NCBI GenBank assembly: GCA_964436015.1
Contig: CAYTAR010000005.1
Location: 17,714-81,713 of the forward strand
DNA from: an uncultured Candidatus Saccharibacteria bacterium
Lineage (GTDB): Bacteria; Patescibacteriota; Minisyncoccia; Phycocordibacterales; GCA-2401445
Direction: 5' to 3'
DNA: 64,000 bases
The notes beneath the pieces are model-generated. The model ran no database searches. It worked only from the letters and a program-made list of their open reading frames with translations, and was not told where the DNA came from. Each line of letters begins with the position of its first letter. The first letter of the stretch is position 1. This document shows positions 10,849 to 21,985 of this stretch, piece after piece. The position numbers and the translations under genes are program-made.

Positions 10849-11526
10849 ATGTCGCTTGAGATACTTTCAGATATCATACTCGTTAACAAACCACGTGGAA
10901 TGAGCTCTTTTGACTGTATACGAATTCTTAGGCCTGTCTTGAAGGTTAAAAAAATCGGACACGCGGGAACTCTTGATCCAAGGGCTGAAGGACTCCTTAT
11001 TCTTGGGGTGGGATCTGGAACAAAAAAACTTACTTCCTATATCGGTTTGGACAAAGAGTACGAAGCTACTATTAGATTAGGTGTTGCAACTGATACGGGT
11101 GATTTAGATGGAGTAGTCACGGAAGAATGTGTGGTGAGTGAAGTGTCACAGGATGCTATTGTGCGAGCGCTCGATACTCTTGTTGGTGAGCATGAATATG
11201 AAGTGCCTGTTTATTCTGCAATAAAAAGAAATGGGAAACCACTGTATAAATATGTTCGTGAAGGACTACCTGTTCCTCGTGTGGTGCGTAGTATGAACGT
11301 GTATTCATATGTACTCATAGGGGTGACGCGTTCTCATCCTTACATTGATATACAGGTTACTTTTCATGTTGCAAGCGGTGTATACATACGAAGCCTCGCG
11401 GTTGCGGTCGGTAAGATTCTCAAGTGTCCAGCGGTACTTGAGAAACTGGTACGAACTCGTGTGGGGGATTTTTCTTTAGAAGACGCATACCCACTTTCGT
11501 TACTCACAAAGGAGGTCAAAGAATAA
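10849..11526 (+). CDS. truB: tRNA pseudouridine(55) synthase TruB
   Basis: HAGTLDP catalytic motif, YxIRLG block and the SGVYIRSLA motif. Confidence 0.85.
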   Translation: MSLEILSDIILVNKPRGMSSFDCIRILRPVLKVKKIGHAGTLDPRAEGLLILGVGSGTKKLTSYIGLDKEYEATIRLGVATDTGDLDGVVTEECVVSEVSQDAIVRALDTLVGEHEYEVPVYSAIKRNGKPLYKYVREGLPVPRVVRSMNVYSYVLIGVTRSHPYIDIQVTFHVASGVYIRSLAVAVGKILKCPAVLEKLVRTRVGDFSLEDAYPLSLLTKEVKE

Positions 11527-11551
11527 CTTCAGTGAATGGTATACTGATGGT

Positions 11552-12724
11552 GTGACTTCATACGCAAACACTGCTTATACAAAAAGTATAACGCTGTTGT
11601 CTCGCCTGAGTGCCAAGAGCGGTTTTTTGGCATCCCTAGATACTAGAGATAATTACCCGCGGGTGTGGGCCAGAGATGGAATGATAAGCGGTATCGCGTC
11701 CCTCATGAGCGGTAATCCTGAACTTGTTGGTACTTTTCTTCGTACACTTGAGACGCTTAAAACATACCAAGATACAACTGGGCGTATTCCAAGTAACATT
11801 GATCATTTGACCGGAAGTGTGAGTTTCGGGAGTACCGTGGGAAGGATTGATGCGACGCTGTGGTATGTGGTTGGAGTAACCCAGTACATATTGCGAACTG
11901 GCGAGTTTGAGCGACTACATTTTTTTGAGGATTCAATTCGTAAAGCGATTTTTTACCTTGAATGTTTGGAATTAAATGGGAAAGGGTTGTTGTATATTCC
12001 ACCTGGTGGTGATTGGGCTGATGAGTATGTAAATGCAGGATACGTTTTGTATGACGAGGTACTTTACGCGCTTGCGCTGAGTGGTGTTGCGCGTGTTTGC
12101 AAAGATGAAAATTTGTTGAGTAAAGCCGATAGGATACAGAAGCTTATACAGATAAATTTTGTGCCAAGAAAGGAAAATAGTGAAAGCGAGTATGTGTACC
12201 ATAAACGTATCTTTGAAATAGGACTTGATGCAGGTGTTCTGTACCCGCTCTCATACATTAGTAGTGTTGGCGTTGGTGCTCACCTTGATACTTTTGGAGT
12301 GTCGCTCGCGCTGTGCCTTAATTTGCTTGATGAAGAAGCACAAAATGCTATTGCGGAAACGCTTGAGCGGTATTCGGTTTCTGCAAACAAAATACTTCCT
12401 GCATTTATTCCAGTGATAGAGAAAGGAGTGTGTGAATGGGATGAGTTAGTGAAAAATCATTTGTACGAGTTTAGAAATGTTCCGCATGAGTACCATAATG
12501 GAGGACGGTGGCCTTTGGTACATGGTTGGTTTCTTGCTGGAAATCCATTTGCGTTTGGCGGAGTAGAAACATTGGCACGAGTATTTGAGAAAGAAGGGTA
12601 CACGTTTCCGGAATTTTATCATGGAGAGACTGGAATCCCGCGTGGGGTAACTCAACTTGGATTTTCAGCAGCGGCGTACATCATTGCTTACCTGAGAGAA
12701 AAGGATGTCCCCGTATTTGTATGA
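11552..12724 (+). CDS. (alpha/alpha)6-barrel glycoside hydrolase (GH100 neutral invertase/GDE_C-like)
   Basis: VWARDG and GGRWP-like blocks typical of six-hairpin glycosidases; translationally coupled to the HAD phosphatase. Confidence 0.55.
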   Translation: MTSYANTAYTKSITLLSRLSAKSGFLASLDTRDNYPRVWARDGMISGIASLMSGNPELVGTFLRTLETLKTYQDTTGRIPSNIDHLTGSVSFGSTVGRIDATLWYVVGVTQYILRTGEFERLHFFEDSIRKAIFYLECLELNGKGLLYIPPGGDWADEYVNAGYVLYDEVLYALALSGVARVCKDENLLSKADRIQKLIQINFVPRKENSESEYVYHKRIFEIGLDAGVLYPLSYISSVGVGAHLDTFGVSLALCLNLLDEEAQNAIAETLERYSVSANKILPAFIPVIEKGVCEWDELVKNHLYEFRNVPHEYHNGGRWPLVHGWFLAGNPFAFGGVETLARVFEKEGYTFPEFYHGETGIPRGVTQLGFSAAAYIIAYLREKDVPVFV

Positions 12725-13542
12725 TTCTCGCAACAGACTTGGACAGAACACTGCTCCCGAACGGAGACGAACCATACGATGGTACTTTGCCGGAATTTTT
12801 TGATATGGTCAGGCACTATAAGTTCACTCTGGTATACGTGAGCGGGAGAAACCTTTCAATGCTTGAGGACGCAGAACGAGAGTATGGAATTGAGTTACCC
12901 GATTATTTTATCGGAGAAGTTGGTACGGTGGTATATCAAAAAGTGAATGAAAGGCTAGTGTTGCATGAGCAGTGGGGGACGTACATAAAGAAAATGAATC
13001 CCACGTGGAATAGAGAGCGCATTGTGGAATCATTGGCGGATATTCTTGAGCTTGATCCCCAGGAAGATGAAAAGCAGAATCCATATAAAATTAGTTTTTA
13101 TATACATGAGACAAATAGAGAGGATGAGATTCTTTCTCGTGTGAAAAATGCGTGTAAGGAGTTTGCTAATCTTGAGATTGTATACAGCACCGATCCGCTG
13201 TTAAACGGAGTGGGCTTACTTGATGTACTTCCTAAGGCAGCCACAAAATTATCCGCGCTTGAGTTTGTACGAAATACATGCAATGTTCCCGTTCAAGATG
13301 TTGTTTATTGTGGTGATAGTGGCAATGATATTCTTCCGCTTACCAGTGGGTATCGTGGAATATTGGTAAGAAATGCTCACCCGAATATTGTGAATGAAGT
13401 GTGTTCCTTTCATAAAGCAAATGGTAGTGAAAAGAATATTTATCATGCGATAGGGACTGAGTATCATAACGGCAATTACTCTTCGGGTATTATTGAGGGG
13501 TTAGAGCATTATGGAGTAGTTACTCATCGTCATGCAGAGTAA
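12721..13542 (+). CDS. HAD-IIB phosphatase (sucrose-6-phosphate phosphatase/MpgP-like)
   Basis: DLDRTLL motif I and the VYCGDSGNDIL motif; the ATGA overlap with the upstream GH gene. Confidence 0.7.
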   Translation: MILATDLDRTLLPNGDEPYDGTLPEFFDMVRHYKFTLVYVSGRNLSMLEDAEREYGIELPDYFIGEVGTVVYQKVNERLVLHEQWGTYIKKMNPTWNRERIVESLADILELDPQEDEKQNPYKISFYIHETNREDEILSRVKNACKEFANLEIVYSTDPLLNGVGLLDVLPKAATKLSALEFVRNTCNVPVQDVVYCGDSGNDILPLTSGYRGILVRNAHPNIVNEVCSFHKANGSEKNIYHAIGTEYHNGNYSSGIIEGLEHYGVVTHRHAE

Positions 13543-13555
13543 GTCTCCCAAAAGA

Positions 13556-13590
13556 AAAAGTCTGCTCATAACAGACTTTTTCTTTTCACC
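13556..13590. terminator. bidirectional hairpin terminator
   Basis: AAAAAGTCTG-ctcataa-CAGACTTTTTC. Confidence 0.6.
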
Positions 13591-13851
13591 CACTCTTCGA
13601 ACTATTCCTTTTGTGCATACTATTGGGCTGGTTCTCCATCCACGGATGGGAGATTCACTTGTGCCCGTTTTTATATTGTGCTAACAGGGAATGTTCTCCA
13701 AGTGATATTTTAATTTTCCCACTACCATTTTTCATGTCAAACGAGTAATGGGCTTTTTCGTGCATAAGCTGTGAATATGGTGTGCATAGCATGTGGACTA
13801 TGGTCAAGATTGCCGGTTTGTGGTATTTTTTTCCCAGAAAGGTTGCACGAT

Positions 13852-14250
13852 ATGAAAGAGATTGAGGAAATCATTTCGGTGAGAATTGAGAAATTACTTG
13901 CACTGTACATTGATGAGTGTGGAAAGTGGGGTGCAAGTCGGGATACTTCGCGCACTCCTCCAGTGCAGCAGTTGCGACTCGCTCGAGCGGACACCATCAG
14001 GCGTATTGCTATCATAGTGAGTACCGGAAAAGAGAACAGAATACCTCTTGCGGTATTGTTGGAGAATCTTGCCTCATGTGCGTACACTCGCGGTTTTGAG
14101 GGAGCGAGAAGTATGGAGGGTGGTGAGTTTGCCACAGATCCGTATCATTTTGATTTTAAGTGTGCAGATACTCTTCGTGCTGAGATTATCCGCAGGTTTA
14201 ATGATGCGAGTCTCCGTTTGGGATCTTCCAAAAAAAGAAAACGAAAGTAA
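13852..14250 (+). CDS. hypothetical protein with Lys/Arg-rich C-terminus
   Basis: ORF ends KKRKRK and is followed by a strong terminator; no domain recognised; the overlapping minus-strand ORF 13737..14135 has no such signal. Confidence 0.4.
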   Translation: MKEIEEIISVRIEKLLALYIDECGKWGASRDTSRTPPVQQLRLARADTIRRIAIIVSTGKENRIPLAVLLENLASCAYTRGFEGARSMEGGEFATDPYHFDFKCADTLRAEIIRRFNDASLRLGSSKKRKRK

Positions 14251-14253
14251 CAG

Positions 14254-14285
14254 ACGCCGGTCATTTCGACCGGCGTTATTTTTAG
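14254..14285 (+). terminator. rho-independent terminator
   Basis: ACGCCGGTC-atttc-GACCGGCGT hairpin followed by TATTTTT. Confidence 0.65.
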
Positions 14286-14346
14286 ATGCGTGTAGAAAAA
14301 AACGACACTCCTTTTCGGTGTGTCGTTATGTTGCACAATTGTGCAA

Positions 14347-15117
14347 TTAGTTCAGTTCAGCTTCAACCAGCACTGCCCTGAAGAATCGGTGCGGGAAACT
14401 CGTTGGGCTTGCTTGCCCAATCCTGATGAAGTTGCCCGCCGTAATTTCTATTGGCGTGGTTGACACCCAGAGGGGTTCACTGAGTGAGGTTGTGGATTCA
14501 AGGCGGAACGTAGTTCCAGTTTTTCCCCACACCACAATCGGGTGAGTGTAGGTTGTGCCTTCAGTCAACACATCACCAATGAAAAGCGTGAGCACTTCCT
14601 CCTCAGGTACGCCAGTGTAGGTGAATCCAATGTCGTCCCACCAGATTTGACGAGTTGGATCAGAGAACTCAATCCGCAGCCCGTACGTTGGGTTTCCGTC
14701 TTCAATACCGAAGGCAGAGAAGGGGATAGAAATCTCTTGCCAAGCGAGAGACGCTGGATTCGCCGGCATATGTGGCGCGAGTGCCACAGAAGTACTCGCT
14801 TTTCCTTTTCTGTTCGTGAAGAGCGTCAATGTAATGTTTCCAAAGTCGGAAGGCTGAAAGGCCATGACACGAAAGGTAATCGTGTCGTGTCCGACGTCCC
14901 TGGTTTCTGCTCTCCACTCCACCGAGGAGTTTGTGCGTTCCGCAATTGTGCGGAATGAGGCCGAGCCGGTTTGACCTGTAACGCTCACAATGCTCCCCGA
15001 GACGTTTTTTGCCCCGTAAGAGTAAGGTTCATTGTGTGTGTCGGTGAAGACCGACGTTTCGGCAAAAAGCGCCGTGTGTGCCAAGAGTAGCACAGCAACA
15101 ACTGTCAGCATTTTCAT
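14347..15117 (-). CDS. secreted hypothetical protein (signal peptide)
   Basis: MKMLTVVAVLLLAHTALFA signal peptide; Thr/Ser-rich; locally higher GC than neighbours. Confidence 0.5.
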   Translation of the reverse strand: MKMLTVVAVLLLAHTALFAETSVFTDTHNEPYSYGAKNVSGSIVSVTGQTGSASFRTIAERTNSSVEWRAETRDVGHDTITFRVMAFQPSDFGNITLTLFTNRKGKASTSVALAPHMPANPASLAWQEISIPFSAFGIEDGNPTYGLRIEFSDPTRQIWWDDIGFTYTGVPEEEVLTLFIGDVLTEGTTYTHPIVVWGKTGTTFRLESTTSLSEPLWVSTTPIEITAGNFIRIGQASPTSFPHRFFRAVLVEAELN

Positions 15118-15210
15118 AATTAGTAGGTGCAATAGGGTTGAGGTTTGTTTTGTGGTTGTGTACCACTCTAACCATATAATACATAAAAAATAGGATTTGT
15201 CAATATTTAT

Positions 15211-15238
15211 GGGCAAAAAGAAAAGCCCCGCGGGGGGC
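15211..15238 (-). terminator. hairpin terminator after the minus-strand gene 15258..15983
   Basis: GCCCCGCGGGGGGC palindrome with an A/T tract on the minus-strand 3' side. Confidence 0.5.
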
Positions 15239-15257
15239 TTGTGAATTCTTGCGCCAC

Positions 15258-15983
15258 TTATTCAGTGGGCGGGAGTTGGAGCGGAATATGAGCCGTTCCA
15301 ATTCTTGAAAGATCAAACCGTTGCCTCGTAAGAGGGTCGGGATCTGGAGCGTTCTCAATCCACCGTTGAATCCGCCGTTCTTCCATCGGGGCGTTTTCAA
15401 ACTGATGCTTGGTCTGAGGCGCTACAACCCCAAACACTGCATCCGCAAACTTCTTCCACTCATTCATAGGCGGAGGAGGTTGATTGGTAATGTGCGAATG
15501 GAACACCTCCCAAGGAACCTCATTGGGGTTGTTTGGGTATAGCTTGAGTGAGCGACCTGAATGTTCAGGAGTTGTGGGAAGAGGTTCTCGTGAAGGACTG
15601 TACGTTTGACTTTTCTTTTCAAATTTCACCAGCGAGTCATCCGAAATGCTGCAACTCGTAGGGAAATGTGTATGAAGTACGCACGTCATAATGAGGGTTT
15701 CCTCAGGTACGGCGCGTGACTGGCAGTATACGTACAGGCGGGGTTTAAATCCTTCAGTACGCACAATGTCAAAAACAATACCTTCAAGAAGAATGGCTTT
15801 GTCCCGAGTGAGTGTGAATACTCCTCGGCACCTCTGTTCTTGAGTGAAGGTGAGTTCGGACTGACACATCCCTTGAAGTGTCACGTTTTCTGTTCCACTT
15901 TTTGTCCCTCTAATAGAGAGTACCGTGGTTTTGTATGTAGGCTTCATAAAAATACAAGGTTCTACTTGTATACTAGCAGTCAC
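15258..15983 (-). CDS. hypothetical protein with a JAB/RadC-like HxH...S..DD motif
   Basis: VLHTHFPTSCSISDD resembles the HxHx7SxxD JAMM/RadC zinc motif, but the final Asp is shifted; otherwise no match. Confidence 0.35.
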   Translation of the reverse strand: MTASIQVEPCIFMKPTYKTTVLSIRGTKSGTENVTLQGMCQSELTFTQEQRCRGVFTLTRDKAILLEGIVFDIVRTEGFKPRLYVYCQSRAVPEETLIMTCVLHTHFPTSCSISDDSLVKFEKKSQTYSPSREPLPTTPEHSGRSLKLYPNNPNEVPWEVFHSHITNQPPPPMNEWKKFADAVFGVVAPQTKHQFENAPMEERRIQRWIENAPDPDPLTRQRFDLSRIGTAHIPLQLPPTE

Positions 15984-15998
15984 TCACTACCTGTCAAT

Positions 15999-16553
15999 TT
16001 ATTTTTGAGGAGAGGCGTATTTGCGAGAAAATAGTAAACCAACAATAACCCCACACAAAACAGCTGTTACATATATAACCGCTCCTAGTGTGAGTGACAC
16101 GGGAAGTGACCTGAGTGCCCCTAGCACAATAGCACATGACCATGAGACGACTGATACTGAGCCGGTAATGATCAGAAATACTCGTGAGTTTTTGAACAGG
16201 TCTGATTCGTGTGTTGGTATATTGGTAATCGATTTCAGCAGTGGGAAAATTTTAAAATGGAAAAATGCACCGTTGATAATAAGTACTACTACGATACTCA
16301 TTTTCAGAATGAATTTACTTGAATCCAAGTATCCTTCTGGATCGAGTGCAAACAATCCAATACCAGAGGATACAAGCAGGATAAGTCCGCTCCACACCGC
16401 AACACTCATTCGCTTAATAATTCGTATTTCAGTGGGACTGAATATGTAGTCTTTGATTGAAGAGAGAAAAATAATGTCTGTCATAAAAGCTCCACCGGCG
16501 CCAATGGCAACTCCGAATAGATGGAGAATAACAAAAAAGGTATGTACGTCCAT
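15999..16553 (-). CDS. integral membrane protein (about 5 TM), unknown function
   Basis: Hydrophobic helices throughout; same strand and operon context as the downstream hypothetical. Confidence 0.5.
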   Translation of the reverse strand: MDVHTFFVILHLFGVAIGAGGAFMTDIIFLSSIKDYIFSPTEIRIIKRMSVAVWSGLILLVSSGIGLFALDPEGYLDSSKFILKMSIVVVLIINGAFFHFKIFPLLKSITNIPTHESDLFKNSRVFLIITGSVSVVSWSCAIVLGALRSLPVSLTLGAVIYVTAVLCGVIVGLLFSRKYASPQK

Positions 16554-16560
16554 TTCAAAA

Positions 16561-17295
16561 TTATACCCCGTGTGTTTGAGTGTTCTGTGTATAAGTTGAG
16601 AGAAGAAGGGTGACTTCTTTTTGTGTTAGAGGACGAAAAGTCCCTTTCTTGAGTGAGCCGAGGGATATGTGCATGAAGCGTGTTCGTGCTAAGGACGAAA
16701 CCACTGCACCGATTGACGCGCACATCCGTCTAATCTGGTGTTTCTTTCCTTCAACGAGTGCAATGAAAAAAGATTTTTCTCCGATTCGCTTGATTCGCGC
16801 AGGTTTAGTTCGGTACCGTTCAATTTTTATGCCATTGCCAAGCATGCGAAGTTTTGCGTCTGATACAGGAGTTCCAACCGTTACGCGGTACTCTTTCTCG
16901 TGTTCAAACTTTGGGTTGAGAACAGAGTCGGTAATACGTCGGTCATCGGTAAGAAGAATGAGTCCCGTCGTATCTTTATCAAGTCGCCCAATAGGGTAGA
17001 GGCCGGTTAGTCCAGTTGCTTGAATAATATCTTTTTCTCCTAACTGTGGGCTGTGTGTTACCACTCCCGCAGGTTTGTGGTAGGCGTAGTAACGGAATGT
17101 ACGTGTGCGGATTTTCCGTGATACGGTAACCGTATCACTCTGTTCTACTTTGTCTCCATGGTGCGCAATTTTATTATTGATGTGCACGAGACCTTGCGTA
17201 ATGAGTTCATCTGCCTCACGGCGCGAAGAAACCCCGGTACGTGCGAGGTATACATTTATACGAAGAGGAAATGACAGACTGTTATGTTGGTCCAT
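16561..17295 (-). CDS. rsuA: rRNA pseudouridine synthase, RsuA/RluB family, with S4 domain
   Basis: N-terminal S4 RNA-binding region and the GRLDKDTTGLILLTDD catalytic motif. Confidence 0.85.
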   Translation of the reverse strand: MDQHNSLSFPLRINVYLARTGVSSRREADELITQGLVHINNKIAHHGDKVEQSDTVTVSRKIRTRTFRYYAYHKPAGVVTHSPQLGEKDIIQATGLTGLYPIGRLDKDTTGLILLTDDRRITDSVLNPKFEHEKEYRVTVGTPVSDAKLRMLGNGIKIERYRTKPARIKRIGEKSFFIALVEGKKHQIRRMCASIGAVVSSLARTRFMHISLGSLKKGTFRPLTQKEVTLLLSTYTQNTQTHGV

Positions 17296-17343
17296 ATATT
17301 ATATTATACCACAAAAAACATATTTTGCAAATACTTATAAAAT

Positions 17344-17366
17344 AAAACCCTGTTGAGCAGGGTTTT
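17344..17366. terminator. hairpin terminator
   Basis: AAAACCCTG-ttgag-CAGGGTTTT. Confidence 0.55.
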
Positions 17367-17374
17367 GGTATGCT

Positions 17375-17662
17375 TTACACATGAAAGATGAAGCTTCTTC
17401 TGACTTCAGGAGTAGCACGGTTAATAATTGACTCCAGAGCATTTCGGGCGGCAGGGTCCCTTATCAGGCATGCGTTTGTGATGACACTGTCACTCACACA
17501 ACCACTTATCGACATTATGTGTAAGGTAGCATTGAAGACTTTGAGGCGTATCTCAGGTTTTTCTAAGTAGTCTAGATCAATTTCACCTGAGTGCATGAGA
17601 ATGAAATAGAGTGGAGTTTTTGATGTCTGTTCAATAGAGACAATAGTGTATCCAGTGTTCAT
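17375..17662 (-). CDS. hypothetical small protein
   Basis: 95-aa ORF ending just upstream of the 17344 terminator; no domain recognised. Confidence 0.3.
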   Translation of the reverse strand: MNTGYTIVSIEQTSKTPLYFILMHSGEIDLDYLEKPEIRLKVFNATLHIMSISGCVSDSVITNACLIRDPAARNALESIINRATPEVRRSFIFHV

Positions 17663-17754
17663 AGAATCTACCCATTACCTTATGTTTTTACGAAATGTTT
17701 GTCAATTTTGAAAATTACTTTAGCTAGCGTACAATAATGCCGTTACTAGCATAA

Positions 17755-19056
<1,302 letters not shown>

Positions 19057-19144
19057 TTACGAAGTGGTTAATGCACAATAAAACACTACTCTCTCGGGTA
19101 GTGTTTTATGTTGTACTTACAGGAAGAATTGATACAATACGTTC

Positions 19145-20656
19145 ATGAAAAAAACACGACAAGTCGCACTTATTATCCTTGATGGGTGGGGGTACCGAGA
19201 AGAGACGAAAGATAATGCGATACGGCAAGCGAATACTCCGGTCATGGATCGTCTGTGGAATGAATTCCCGCACGCACTCTTGATGGCAAGTGAGGAGCAT
19301 GTTGGACTGCCACAAGGTCAGGTGGGGAACAGTGAAATCGGGCACACCACTATTGGTGCAGGGACGGTCATTGATTCAGACTTGGTACGTATTACCAAAG
19401 CGGTTGAGACGAGATCGTTTGGTACAAACAAAACATTCTTAGATTTATTTGAGCACGTAAAAAGTCATGGTTCTGTTCTGCATGTCATGGGTCTTATTGG
19501 GCGAGGAGGGGTACATGCGCACAGCACACACTTGGAAGAATTTCTGCGTGTGGCTCACGCAAGTGGAGTTGGAGAGATTGCGGTGCATGCATTTACAGAT
19601 GGGAGAGATTCTTCACCTAATGAAGCGCACGAGCACATCAAGGAACTTGAACATATCTTGGCAGAGCTTGGTATAGGATACATCGCGTCGGTATCGGGAA
19701 GATTTTTTTCAATGGATAGGGATAACAATTGGGATCGTCTGCAAACATTTGAAAAAACCGCTTTGTTCTGTGAAGGAAATGTGTGTCATATTCCGCCGAC
19801 TGAGGAATTGAAGCGTCAGTACGGTGAAGGAAAAAGCGATGAACACATTGAACCATTTATTGTACGCAAAGCACCGTTAAAAAAACATGATGGAGTATTT
19901 ATTTTTAATTTCAGAGCCGATCGCGTGAGAATGCTCACGAAACGTCTCACTGACATCAAAGCAGAACTTGATTTGAAAATTGTGACTCTAACTGAATACC
20001 AGAAAGATTTTCAAGTGGACGTGGCATTTCCGGTAATGGGAATAAAAACCACACTTGCTGAACAGGTAAGTTTGAATGGTTTGACACAAGTGCACATTGC
20101 AGAGACAGAAAAGTTTCCACATGCTACGTACTTTTTAAATGGGGGACGAGAGGAACCGCACGTGGGAGAAGAACATGTGGTGCTTCCGAGTAGAAAGGAT
20201 GTGTTAACGCATGATTTAGCACCTGAGATGCAGGCAATGGGGATTGCTGATGTGGCAATACAGAAAATAGAGAGTGGAGCAGATTTCACTTTTATCAATT
20301 TTGCGAACCCTGATATGGTGGGGCACACCGCCAATGTACCAGCGATTATAACTGCCATAGAAACAACTGATCGTGAATTAGGAAGAGTGCTAGATGCGCT
20401 CCTTGCTCGTGGAGGAGTGGCGTTTGTAACGGCAGATCACGGAAATGCTGAGATAAACCGTGACCCGAAGACAGGAGAGAAGCATACTGCTCATACACTC
20501 TCGCCGGTCCCCGCGATTCTGACTGACAAAGGACTCACACTTCATGATGGGTCTCTCAAGGATATAGCTCCGACCGTGCTTGCGTTACTCAATCTTTCCA
20601 TTCCTTCTGCAATGACAGGCGCGTTGCTTTTTGCAGAAAATAAAACACACCAGTAG
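19145..20656 (+). CDS. gpmI: 2,3-bisphosphoglycerate-independent phosphoglycerate mutase
   Basis: ILDGWG N-terminal motif and the ADHGN motif. Confidence 0.9.
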   Translation: MKKTRQVALIILDGWGYREETKDNAIRQANTPVMDRLWNEFPHALLMASEEHVGLPQGQVGNSEIGHTTIGAGTVIDSDLVRITKAVETRSFGTNKTFLDLFEHVKSHGSVLHVMGLIGRGGVHAHSTHLEEFLRVAHASGVGEIAVHAFTDGRDSSPNEAHEHIKELEHILAELGIGYIASVSGRFFSMDRDNNWDRLQTFEKTALFCEGNVCHIPPTEELKRQYGEGKSDEHIEPFIVRKAPLKKHDGVFIFNFRADRVRMLTKRLTDIKAELDLKIVTLTEYQKDFQVDVAFPVMGIKTTLAEQVSLNGLTQVHIAETEKFPHATYFLNGGREEPHVGEEHVVLPSRKDVLTHDLAPEMQAMGIADVAIQKIESGADFTFINFANPDMVGHTANVPAIITAIETTDRELGRVLDALLARGGVAFVTADHGNAEINRDPKTGEKHTAHTLSPVPAILTDKGLTLHDGSLKDIAPTVLALLNLSIPSAMTGALLFAENKTHQ

Positions 20657-20672
20657 AGAATACTCTGGTGTG

Positions 20673-20984
20673 TTATGCGCGTGCGACATAGATAGTGATA
20701 CGGGTGATGCCGGTATCACGGTCTGTGTGCTTCGTATGTTTGGAAACAATATCTCCATCTTCCTCAAGTTGTTTGAGTAGGAGAAGAAGTGCGAAGGAAC
20801 TAATGAATCCTCCCCGAGCGCGAATTTCCAAGAGAAGTTCGCGGAACTCAAGGTGCTGTCTTTCATCAAGAATGGAAATGATTCCCTTGCTGTAAACTGG
20901 TTCCATTATTGAAGAATGGATAAGCATTCCAATTGCAAGCAGGGTGCTTGAAATTGCACACAAAAGAAGTAGTTGCAGGTCCAT
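20673..20984 (-). CDS. hypothetical small protein
   Basis: 103-aa ORF convergent with gpmI; N-terminal hydrophobic segment; no domain recognised. Confidence 0.3.
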   Translation of the reverse strand: MDLQLLLLCAISSTLLAIGMLIHSSIMEPVYSKGIISILDERQHLEFRELLLEIRARGGFISSFALLLLLKQLEEDGDIVSKHTKHTDRDTGITRITIYVARA

Positions 20985-21137
20985 ATAATCTCACCTGATA
21001 ATACGGTAATACACATATTCGTCAATCGCGACCAATATAGGTTCTTGAGTGTGATACAATATGAATAATTATTAATGGTATAAAAATGATATGAGCATGC
21101 ATGCTGATTTAATGAAAAAAAGAGGACTTTATGCGAC

Positions 21138-21269
21138 ATGGCACAAGAAAGAGTATTGCCAGCCGTTGCACTGGATGGCGTTTTTTACGGTTTCTTTTTA
21201 TTCAGCGTTTACTATTCTTGGAGAGATTGCAGTATATTCAGTAGAGGTATCGTTGGTTTAAAAAAATAA
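21138..21269 (+). CDS. candidate small hydrophobic peptide (43 aa)
   Basis: AAAGAGGA RBS 8 nt upstream of the ATG; a strong terminator immediately follows. Confidence 0.2.
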   Translation: MAQERVLPAVALDGVFYGFFLFSVYYSWRDCSIFSRGIVGLKK

Positions 21270-21296
21270 AAAAGCGCCTTCAGGGCGCTTTTTTGT
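21266..21296. terminator. bidirectional terminator
   Basis: AAGCGCCTT-c-AGGGCGCTT hairpin flanked by A-run and T-run. Confidence 0.6.
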
Positions 21297-21352
21297 TGTC
21301 TTTATAAACCTTTAGGTTATTCCAAGGGGACCCCTTGGAATGAGATAGTGAA

Positions 21353-21985
21353 TCATTTTGGTGAAAGTACTGGCATTTGAGCAATGTAGGTGCGTGTTTC
21401 AAGTGCATCTAGTATCGCGTGTGCTACTGCAGTTCTTGATATTGCTCCGCGTGCCGGTCCGTGTTCGGTGGCGGTATATTCTTTTTTAGTTGGGTTTTCT
21501 TTTCCTAGTTTCAACACACGAAATATTGTCCATTCAAGGTTTGACCTCTTAAGTACTTGTGCATGTTCTCGACCATCAGTAACTCGCTCTGGGTCAATAT
21601 GCTCTACAAAAAAATTTGCAATTCTATCAAAAAGGGAAGGAGTGTCACCTGAAATTCGTACGCCAGTGCCGGTAAGGCTTATGATACGGGTAACACTGCA
21701 TTCATTCATACAGTCCACGACGTTTTGTATTCCTTTAGTTTGAAGAAATGGATCTGAGTGGGAAATATGCCCGATAACACTTACCACCGCATTAGATCCT
21801 TGCACTGCAGAGAGTACGAATTCGCGATTAAGTATGTCACCCACCACAACACGGACATTGGGAGGGAATAGTGATACTGACTGCTCAGCTCTTACAAAAG
21901 CGCACACGAGATGTCCGTGTGAGAGAGCCTCTTCTACCAGTGGTATGCCGGTCCGCCCATCTGCTCCAAAAATAGTTATATTCAT
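21353..21985 (-). CDS. NAD(P)-binding NmrA/SDR-like oxidoreductase
   Basis: MNITIFGADGRTG Rossmann GxxGxxG motif at the internal start; 210 aa. Confidence 0.7.
   Translation of the reverse strand: MNITIFGADGRTGIPLVEEALSHGHLVCAFVRAEQSVSLFPPNVRVVVGDILNREFVLSAVQGSNAVVSVIGHISHSDPFLQTKGIQNVVDCMNECSVTRIISLTGTGVRISGDTPSLFDRIANFFVEHIDPERVTDGREHAQVLKRSNLEWTIFRVLKLGKENPTKKEYTATEHGPARGAISRTAVAHAILDALETRTYIAQMPVLSPK

Noticed and set aside
13737-14135. 132-aa minus-strand ORF overlapping 13852..14250
   Set aside because: The + strand ORF is followed by a clear terminator and has an upstream purine-rich stretch. The minus ORF has neither. The call remains low confidence for both.
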